Shown here one piece after another: positions 24,753-32,000 of a DNA stretch of 32,000 nt. A program made the position numbers and the translations under genes. Below the pieces are notes generated by a model that was not told where the DNA came from, ran no database searches, and worked only from the letters and a program-made list of their open reading frames with translations. The stretch is from Kineococcus radiotolerans SRS30216 = ATCC BAA-149 (GTDB lineage Bacteria; Actinomycetota; Actinomycetes; Actinomycetales; Kineococcaceae), in assembly GCF_000017305.1 (NCBI RefSeq), contig NC_009664.2, positions 3,660,001 through 3,692,000 on the forward strand, given 5' to 3'. Numbering within the stretch: position 1 is the first letter of the stretch; every line of letters begins with the position of its first letter.

Positions 24753-27700
24753 GCACCGCGTCGGGAGGCACCCGGGGGCGGCGCTCCTCCGCCGCCGCGC
24801 AGCTGGTCCGGGCCGGGTTCGCCGACCCGGACCGGGCCGCGCGGCTGCTGCGCGACCCGGCGCTGGCCGGTGTCGTCCAGCCGCCGGGGGAGCCCGGGGA
24901 GCAGGGCGAGCAGGGGCCCGGCCCCCGCCCCGACCGCGAGTTCACCGGCGGCACCGGCGCGCTGGTGCGGGCCCTGGCCCGCACCGCCGACCCCGACCAG
25001 GCCCTGCTGGGCCTGGTCCGGTGGGCCGAGGCCCTCACCGCCGGCCTGGACCGCTCCTCGCCCCCGCACGAGGTCGAGGCGGTCGCGGCCGCGCTGGACC
25101 TGCTGCGCAGCGGCGACGCGCCGGACGTCGTCGGGACCCGCGCCCGCCTGCTCGCCGTCCTCGGCGGGTCGGTGGCCCTGGCCGACCACCTCGTGCGCCA
25201 CCCCGGGCACTGGACGGTGCTGGTCGCCGGCACCTCCCCGGACCCCGGGGAGCTGCGCACCGAGCTCCTCGCCGCCGTGGGGGCCGACGCCGGGGACCCC
25301 GCGCCGGTGGCGACGACCGGGCGCGGCGGGCGCACCCCCACCGACGCGCTGCGGGTGGCCTACCGCCGCCGCCTGCTGGGCCTCGCCGGTCGCGACCTCG
25401 CCTCCGCGGACCCCCTCGCCGTCCTGCCCACCACCTCCACCGAGCTCGCCGACCTCGCCGCCGCGGCCCTCGAGGCGGCGCTCGCGATCGCCCGCTCCGA
25501 GCTGCCCGACCACCCCCCGCAGGACGGCCCGGGTTCCTGGCGCGCCTGCCGGCTGGCCGTCCTCGGGATGGGCAAGACCGGCGGGCGGGAGCTGAACTAC
25601 CTCTCCGACGTCGACGTCGTGTACGTCGCCGAACCCGCTCCCGGCGCCGCCGAGGACGACGCCCTGGCCGTGGGCGCCAAGCTGGCTGTCGCCCTGCAGC
25701 GCATCTGCGCGGAACCCACCGGGGAGGGCGCGCTGTGGGAGGTCGACGCGGCGCTGCGGCCCGAGGGGAAGTCCGGGTCGCTGGTCCGCACCCTGGACAG
25801 CCACGTCGAGTACTACCGCCGGTGGGCGAAGACGTGGGAGTTCCAGGCGCTGCTCAAGGCCCGTCCCGTCGCCGGGGACACCGCCCTCGGCTGGGACTAC
25901 GTGAGCGCCATCGCGCCGATGGTCTGGAGCGCCAGCGAGCGCGAGGGCTTCGTCGCCGACGTGCAGTCGATGCGCCGGCGCGTCGAGGCGCTCATCCCCA
26001 GCAAGGAGGCCGACCGCCAGCTCAAGCTCGGCGTCGGCGGCCTGCGCGACGTCGAGTTCAGCATCCAGCTGCTCCAGATGGTCCACGGCCGCACCGACGA
26101 GCGGTTGCGGCGCAGCGCCAACACCCTCGAGGCGCTGGAGTCCCTCGCCGCCTACGGCTACGTCGGGCGCCACGACGCGGGCGAGCTCGACCGCGACTAC
26201 CGCCTGCTGCGCTCGCTGGAGCACCGCATCCAGGTCCACCGGCTGCGCCGCACCCACGTCCTGCCCGTGGGCGAGGACGACCTGCGCCGCCTCGGGCGCT
26301 CCCTGGGGCTGCGCCCGGACCCGGTCGCGGCCCTCGACGAGGTGTGGCGCGGCACCCGGCGCGACGTGCGCCGCCTGCACGAGAAGCTGTTCTACCGCCC
26401 GCTGCTGACCGCCGTCGCGAAGCTGCCGGCCGCCGACGCCCGCATCGACGCCCAGCTCAGCCCGCAGGCCGCGCGCGAACGCCTCGCCGCCCTCGGCTAC
26501 CGCGACCCCGCCGGCGCCCTGCGCCACCTCGAGGCCCTCACCGCCGGGGTCAGCCGCCGGGCCAGCATCCAGCGCACCCTGCTGCCGGTCATGCTGGGCT
26601 GGATCGCCGACGGCGCCGACCCCGACGCGGGGCTGCTGGCCTTCCGGCAGGTGTCCGAGGCGCTGGCGGGCACCCAGTGGTTCCTGACGATGCTGCGCGA
26701 CGCCGGCGCCGCCGCCGAGCGGCTGGCCCACGTCCTCGCCGCGGCCCGGATGCCGGTGGAGCTGCTGCTGCGCTCCCCGGAGGCCGTCGCGGTGTTCGCC
26801 GACGACGACCGCCTCGCGGCCGAGGACGTCTCGGAGGTCACGGCCGACGCGGAGGCCGCCGCCCGCCGCCGCGACGACGTCGCCGCCGCGGTCCTCGCCG
26901 TGCGCGGGGTGCGCCGGCGCGAGCAGTTCCGCACCGTCGTCGCCGACCTCGTCGGGGTGCGCGACCTCGCCGGGGTCGGGCAGGCCCTCAGCGACGCCGA
27001 CCAGGCCGTCCTGGAGGTGACGCTGCGGGCGAGCGCGCGCGAGGTGGAACGCCGCAGCGGGCAGCCGCTCCCGACCCGGCTCCTCGTGGTCGGCATGGGC
27101 CGGCTCGGCGCGGGGGAGACCGGTTACGGCAGCGACGCCGACGTGCTCTTCGTCCACGACCCCCTGCCGGGGGCGGACGAGACGCAGGCCCAGCGGGCGG
27201 CCACCGAGGTCGTCGCGGAGCTGCGCCGGCTGCTGGCCGCGCCCGGGCCGGAACCCGCCCTGGAGGTCGACGCCGACCTGCGCCCGGAGGGGCGCAACGG
27301 GCCGCTGGTGCGGTCGCTGTCGAGCTACCGGGCCTACTACGAGCGCTGGTCGCTGTCGTGGGAGGCGCAGGCCCTGCTGCGGGCCCGCCCGGTCGCCGGG
27401 GACGCCGACCTGGGGGAGGCCTTCCTGGAGCTCGTCGACCCGCTGCGCTGGCCGGCCGGGGGTCTGCCCGAGGCCGACGTGCGCGAGGTGCGGCGCATCA
27501 AGGCGCGGGTGGAGGCCGAGCGGCTGCCGCGCGGGGCGGACCCCTCCCGCCACCTCAAGCTCGGCCGCGGCGGGATCTCCGACGTGGAGTGGACCGCGCA
27601 GCTGCTGCAGCTGCAGCACGCCCACGAGCACGAGGGCCTGCGGACCACCTCCACCCCCGGCGCCCTGCGCGCGGCGGCGGCCGCCGGTCTGCTCGCCCCC

Positions 27701-27940
27701 GAGGACGCCGAGGTGCTCCTCACCTCCTGGGACCTCGCCTCGCGCGCCCGCAACGCCGTCGCCCTCTGGCGCGGCAAGCCGGGCGACTCCCTACCCACCC
27801 AGGCCCGCGACCTCGACGGCGTAGCGCGCATGTTCGGCTTCGAACCGGGCAGTTCCCGGGAGTTCGAGGAGCTGTACCTGCGCACCACGCGTCGTTGCCG
27901 CGCGGTGGTCGAGCGGGTCTTCTACGCCCGGGAACCCTGA
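24749..27940 (+). CDS. glnE: Bifunctional glutamine synthetase adenylyltransferase / adenylyl-removing enzyme
   Basis: This is the tail of ORF 23648..27940. GTG at 24749 overlaps the glnA2 stop (GTGA). There are two nucleotidyltransferase repeats: …LAVLGMGKTGGRELNYLSDVDVVYV…EVDAALRPEG… and …LLVVGMGRLGAGETGYGSDADVLFV…EVDADLRPEG…. Confidence 0.93.
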   Translation: MSTASGGTRGRRSSAAAQLVRAGFADPDRAARLLRDPALAGVVQPPGEPGEQGEQGPGPRPDREFTGGTGALVRALARTADPDQALLGLVRWAEALTAGLDRSSPPHEVEAVAAALDLLRSGDAPDVVGTRARLLAVLGGSVALADHLVRHPGHWTVLVAGTSPDPGELRTELLAAVGADAGDPAPVATTGRGGRTPTDALRVAYRRRLLGLAGRDLASADPLAVLPTTSTELADLAAAALEAALAIARSELPDHPPQDGPGSWRACRLAVLGMGKTGGRELNYLSDVDVVYVAEPAPGAAEDDALAVGAKLAVALQRICAEPTGEGALWEVDAALRPEGKSGSLVRTLDSHVEYYRRWAKTWEFQALLKARPVAGDTALGWDYVSAIAPMVWSASEREGFVADVQSMRRRVEALIPSKEADRQLKLGVGGLRDVEFSIQLLQMVHGRTDERLRRSANTLEALESLAAYGYVGRHDAGELDRDYRLLRSLEHRIQVHRLRRTHVLPVGEDDLRRLGRSLGLRPDPVAALDEVWRGTRRDVRRLHEKLFYRPLLTAVAKLPAADARIDAQLSPQAARERLAALGYRDPAGALRHLEALTAGVSRRASIQRTLLPVMLGWIADGADPDAGLLAFRQVSEALAGTQWFLTMLRDAGAAAERLAHVLAAARMPVELLLRSPEAVAVFADDDRLAAEDVSEVTADAEAAARRRDDVAAAVLAVRGVRRREQFRTVVADLVGVRDLAGVGQALSDADQAVLEVTLRASAREVERRSGQPLPTRLLVVGMGRLGAGETGYGSDADVLFVHDPLPGADETQAQRAATEVVAELRRLLAAPGPEPALEVDADLRPEGRNGPLVRSLSSYRAYYERWSLSWEAQALLRARPVAGDADLGEAFLELVDPLRWPAGGLPEADVREVRRIKARVEAERLPRGADPSRHLKLGRGGISDVEWTAQLLQLQHAHEHEGLRTTSTPGALRAAAAAGLLAPEDAEVLLTSWDLASRARNAVALWRGKPGDSLPTQARDLDGVARMFGFEPGSSREFEELYLRTTRRCRAVVERVFYAREP

Positions 27941-27965
27941 ACCGCCGCCCCCGGGCCACCGCCGC

Positions 27966-28979
27966 TCAGGGACGCAGCAGCGGCACCACGTCGGCGCTGA
28001 ACTGGGTGAGGAACCGGGACTGGTCCTGACCGGGGGCGTGGAAGACGAGGTGGGTGAAACCCGCGTCGACGTAGCCCTGGACGGCCGCCGCGACCTCGGT
28101 GGGGTCCGAGGACACGATCCAGCGCTTGGCGACCTGCTCGATGGGCAGCTCGTCGGCCAGGCGGGCCATCTCGATCGGGTCGTGGACGGAGGACTTCTGC
28201 TCGGCCGTCAGGGACAGCGGCGCCCAGAAGCGGGTGTTCTCCAGCGCCTGGGCCGGGTCCTCGTCGAAGGACAGCTTGATCTCGATCGTGCGGTCGATCT
28301 GGCCCTCGGTGCGCCCCGACGCCTCCAGGCCCTCCCGCAGCGCCGGCAGCAGGGTCTCGGAGTAGAGGTCCATGCCCTTGCCGGAGGTGCAGATGTAGCC
28401 GTCGCCGGCGCGCCCGGCGTACTTGGTGACCCCCGGCCCGCCGGCGGCGACGTAGATGGGGACCGGCTGCTCGGGGCGGTCGTAGACGGTCGCGTCGTGG
28501 AGGTTGTAGTACTCGCCCTCGAAGGTGACGCGTTCCTCGCTCCAGAGCTGCTTGATGAGGCGGACGGCCTCGCGCAGGCGGGCGAAGCGTTCCCGCGTCT
28601 CGGGGAAGGTGACCCCGACGGCGGTCTCGTTGAGGGCCTCGCCGGTGCCGATGCCGAGGATCGCCCGCCCCGGGGCCAGGCAGCCGAGGGTGGCGAAGGC
28701 CTGGGCGATGACGGCGGGGTTGTAGCGCAGCGTGGGGGTCAGCACGCTGGTGCCCAGCTGCACCCGGGAGGTCTTCGCCGCGACCCAGGGCAGCCACACC
28801 AGGGCCGAGGGGGCGTGGCCGTCGACGTGGCGCCAGGGCTGGAAGTGGTCGGAGATCCAGACCGAGTCCAGGCCCTGCTCCTCGGCCTGCACGGCGAAGT
28901 CGGCGAGCTTGCCGGGGGCGAACTGCTCCGCCGACGCCTTGTACCCCAGCTTCAGGGGCTGACCGTGCGTGTCCACCAT
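27966..28979 (-). CDS. fgd: F420-dependent glucose-6-phosphate dehydrogenase (luciferase-like monooxygenase family)
   Basis: This is ORF 27966..29051, taken from the ATG at 28979 (337 aa). The sequence reads [25 protein letters not shown]…[12 protein letters not shown]…GHAP…[11 protein letters not shown]…, which closely parallels my memory of mycobacterial Fgd1. Confidence 0.88.
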   Translation of the reverse strand: MVDTHGQPLKLGYKASAEQFAPGKLADFAVQAEEQGLDSVWISDHFQPWRHVDGHAPSALVWLPWVAAKTSRVQLGTSVLTPTLRYNPAVIAQAFATLGCLAPGRAILGIGTGEALNETAVGVTFPETRERFARLREAVRLIKQLWSEERVTFEGEYYNLHDATVYDRPEQPVPIYVAAGGPGVTKYAGRAGDGYICTSGKGMDLYSETLLPALREGLEASGRTEGQIDRTIEIKLSFDEDPAQALENTRFWAPLSLTAEQKSSVHDPIEMARLADELPIEQVAKRWIVSSDPTEVAAAVQGYVDAGFTHLVFHAPGQDQSRFLTQFSADVVPLLRP

Positions 28980-29035
28980 GGTGCTCCGCCTCTCTCGCGC
29001 TGTGGCCCTCACGCTAACCGGCCCCGTCGGCGGGT

Positions 29036-29064
29036 CCGGGGGCGGGTTCACCGCCCCCGGGCGG
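29036..29064 (-). terminator. GC-rich hairpin immediately downstream of the beta-helix gene (terminator-like)
   Basis: CGGGGGCGG (29039-29047), loop GTTCA, then CCGCCCCCG (29053-29061), with 2-3 further pairs outside. It lies about 6 nt after the stop at 29070. There is no U tract. Confidence 0.45.
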
Positions 29065-29069
29065 ACGGC

Positions 29070-29903
29070 TCAGGACCCGCCGCAGGGGGCGGTGGTCGCG
29101 GGGGTGGCGGCGCCGCCCAAGAACCTGCTGCAGGTGAAGACGACCGGGGTCGTCGCGGCGCCGGCGTCCACGACGTTGACCTCGTTGAGGAGGAAGAGGG
29201 CCCCCTCCACGGTCGAGGTCCCGCAGTCGTCGGCGAAGAGGGCGGTGCCGCTGTCGGCGACCACCGAGCGGCGCACCTGCAGGGTGGCGGAGGAGCACGC
29301 CAGCCCGAGTTCGTTCCCCCGCACCGAGGTGTCGAGCACCGACGCCCGGCCGCCGTCGCGGACGGCCACCGCGACGGGGTTGCGCGCCAGGTCCGAACCC
29401 TCGACCGAGACGTCGCCGCCGCCCTCGGCGACGACCCCCCGCGAGTTCGCCCGCACGGTGGCGCGGCGCAGGACGGCCTCGCCGTGGGCCCCCAGCCCGG
29501 TGGTGTTGCCCTGCAGGGTGACCCGCTCCACGACGGCCGCGGCCCCCGGGGCCACCGTGACCCCCTCGCCCCAGGCGGTGAGGGTCCCGCCGCGGACGAC
29601 GACGTCGCGGCCCTGGACCACGACGCCCGACCAGCCGCTGCCGGTGAGGTTGTGCCCGGCCAGGTCGAGCACGACGCCGTCGCCGCGGACGACGAGGCCG
29701 TTGCCGCCCTCGGGGCAGTGCAGGTCCCGGGTCAGCGTCGTGGCGGTCGTGATCGTGTCGCCGCAGGCGAGCGGTGGCGGCGCGGCCTGGGCGGTGGCGC
29801 CGGACCCGCCGAGGACCGCCAGGGCGGCGAGGGGGCCGGCGGCCCACGCCCTGCGGGCCGGGAACCCGCCACGTCCCCGGGTCTGGTTCGCGCTCGTCCG
29901 CAC
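29070..29903 (-). CDS. Secreted right-handed parallel beta-helix repeat protein
   Basis: This is ORF 29070..29942. I prefer GTG at 29903 because GGAGGTGG lies 6 nt upstream. The signal peptide has an RR motif (…FPARRAWAAGPLAALAVLGGSGATAQA). Repeated G-x-V/G-N turns follow (VVRGDGVVLDLAGHNLTGSG, VVVRGGTLTAWGEGVTV, VERVTLQGNTTG, ATVRANSRGVVAEGGGDVSVEGSDLARN). Cys pairs sit at both ends. Confidence 0.75.
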   Translation of the reverse strand: MRTSANQTRGRGGFPARRAWAAGPLAALAVLGGSGATAQAAPPPLACGDTITTATTLTRDLHCPEGGNGLVVRGDGVVLDLAGHNLTGSGWSGVVVQGRDVVVRGGTLTAWGEGVTVAPGAAAVVERVTLQGNTTGLGAHGEAVLRRATVRANSRGVVAEGGGDVSVEGSDLARNPVAVAVRDGGRASVLDTSVRGNELGLACSSATLQVRRSVVADSGTALFADDCGTSTVEGALFLLNEVNVVDAGAATTPVVFTCSRFLGGAATPATTAPCGGS

Positions 29904-29982
29904 GGTGTGCCACCTCCACGTCGGTACCTGCTGTGTCAGCACTGACAGTACTCACACCACTACTCAACGTGGATGCGGGCGA

Positions 29983-30900
29983 TCACGCGCCGGTGAACCG
30001 CACCTCGCTGATCGCCGTCCGGTCGAAGAGGCGACCCGCCCCGGGACGGGTCACCTCGTCCACGGTGAGCGTCGCGGAACTCGTCACCACGGCCGGGACC
30101 GGGATCCGCTGCAGGTCGCGCTCGCCGTCGCTCAGCCGCTGCGGCACCGACACCGGACCGGTGGGTCCCTGGAACGTCCACGTGACGGCCAGGACGCGCC
30201 GGCCCTGGGGGTAGCGGTCGGTGCCGTCGTGGGGGTCGACCTTCGCGAAACCGTTGATGAGCCCCACCTCGGTGACGCGCACCGGGGCGTCGAAGGTGAA
30301 GGTCAGCGACGAACCCGCGGCGCTGCCCTCCGTGCGCCAGGCCGTGGAGGGGTCGGCGTCGAGGACGTTCGCGGCGACGTAGGTGGTCGTGCGCCCCCCG
30401 GCGTCGGCGGAGTCCGGGGAACTGCCCGGGGCCGTGACGCGCGCCGGGGTCAGCACCCCCGTCGGGTACACGGGTTCCGGGGTGGGCGGGGGAACCGGGG
30501 CGGCGACCGCGGGGGCGGGGGTGGCCGCGGCCACCTCCCGCACCGGGGTGGACGTGGAGGTCGAGGAGGAGGTCGAGGGGGAGGGCGCCGCCACCGGGGT
30601 CGTGCTCACGTCGTCGTCCGGGCGCACCAGCCACCAGCCCGCGACGGCCGCGGCGGCCACGACGGCGACCGCCACCCCCGCCACGACCCGCCCCGACCCG
30701 TCCTGCCCGCGCCGGGGCGTCCCGCGGCGCTCCGTGCGGGACGGGCCGGGGTCCGGGGCGGGCGCGTGGTGGACGACGGCCAGCCGGTCCGGGGCCGGGC
30801 CCGTCCCGCGCGGGGAACCGCAGGTCCAGCAGAAGGTGTCGGCCGCCCGCATCGCGGCGTGGCAATCGGGGCAGGTCGTCGTCGTCGACACGTCGGTCAT
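29983..30900 (-). CDS. Zinc-ribbon / single-TM / Pro-Ser-rich linker / discoidin-like (F5/8 type C-like) domain protein
   Basis: This is ORF 29983..30978, taken from the ATG at 30900 with GAGGA upstream. It has CPDC…CWTC (a zinc ribbon), a TM helix VVAGVAVAVVAAAAVAGWWLV, a low-complexity S/T/P linker, and a C-terminal …AANVLDADPSTAWRTEG…LTFTFDAPVRVTEVGLINGF…ISEVRF, resembling the galactose-binding/discoidin fold. Confidence 0.75.
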   Translation of the reverse strand: MTDVSTTTTCPDCHAAMRAADTFCWTCGSPRGTGPAPDRLAVVHHAPAPDPGPSRTERRGTPRRGQDGSGRVVAGVAVAVVAAAAVAGWWLVRPDDDVSTTPVAAPSPSTSSSTSTSTPVREVAAATPAPAVAAPVPPPTPEPVYPTGVLTPARVTAPGSSPDSADAGGRTTTYVAANVLDADPSTAWRTEGSAAGSSLTFTFDAPVRVTEVGLINGFAKVDPHDGTDRYPQGRRVLAVTWTFQGPTGPVSVPQRLSDGERDLQRIPVPAVVTSSATLTVDEVTRPGAGRLFDRTAISEVRFTGA

Positions 30901-31010
30901 CCCGTCCTCAGGTCCGCGGAGGAACTCCGGGCGCGGCGACGTCCTGCCACCGAGGGGCCACAAGATACCCCCGGCCACCGCCCCCGGTCAGCACCGCCGG
31001 CACGACGCGC

Positions 31011-31060
31011 GGAGCCCCCGCCCGGGCCGGCCACGGGGGCCGGGACCGGACGAGGGCTCC
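31011..31060 (-). terminator. GC-rich nested inverted repeats downstream of glnA (possible terminator)
   Basis: GGAGCCC (31011-31017) pairs with GGGCTCC (31054-31060). The alternative inner pairing is CCCCCG (31015-31020) with CGGGGG (31034-31039). It lies 32-80 nt after the glnA stop on the minus strand and has no U tract. Confidence 0.3.
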
Positions 31061-31091
31061 GCGAGATCCTCACCGCCGCAGCGGTCCAGGA

Positions 31092-32000
<909 letters not shown>

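Noticed and set aside
24698-27631. A 977-aa minus-strand ORF lies antisense to glnE, and a 1002-aa + ORF (25021..28029) lies in another frame.
   Set aside because: glnE is unambiguous, with duplicated nucleotidyltransferase motifs. The alternatives are Arg/Gly/Pro-rich shadows.

Overview
This is a high-G+C actinobacterial chromosome segment (GC estimated by eye at over 70%, not computed). Long spurious ORFs occur in all six frames, so I picked genes by recognisable protein families, strong G/C preference at codon position 3, start-codon context and Shine-Dalgarno (SD) sites. I support 30 protein-coding genes. I found no rRNA, tRNA, CRISPR array, transposase or integrase.

The main feature is a 12.8-kb, 13-gene block on the + strand (2093-14921). 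It is a Ter-type (tellurite-resistance-type) stress/defence supercluster with this gene order:
- telA
- three tandem XpaC-like membrane paralogs
- an AIM24-family gene
- terD
- a TerC-like (DUF475-type) membrane gene
- a degenerate TerD-like gene
- a second terD
- a four-gene module predicted to make a nucleoside-like metabolite: HpcH/citrate-lyase-like lyase, phosphoribosyltransferase (PRTase), StiP-type PRTase and HAD phosphatase

The flanks are mostly housekeeping:
- ppgK (partial), pspC-domain gene, map and a small acidic protein on the left.
- To the right of the cluster, a membrane protein.
- A GH13 alpha-glucosidase / PLP enzyme / alpha-beta hydrolase operon with a divergent ROK regulator.
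- nadE-panB and glnA2-glnE.
- An F420-dependent glucose-6-phosphate dehydrogenase, a secreted beta-helix protein and a zinc-ribbon/TM/discoidin-like protein.
- glnA (partial).

The most interesting signals are the Ter cluster architecture, the triplicated XpaC-like genes with patchy near-identical DNA tracts, the degenerate TerD, the ATP-grasp-less biosynthetic module, and several perfect in-frame or intergenic tandem repeats.
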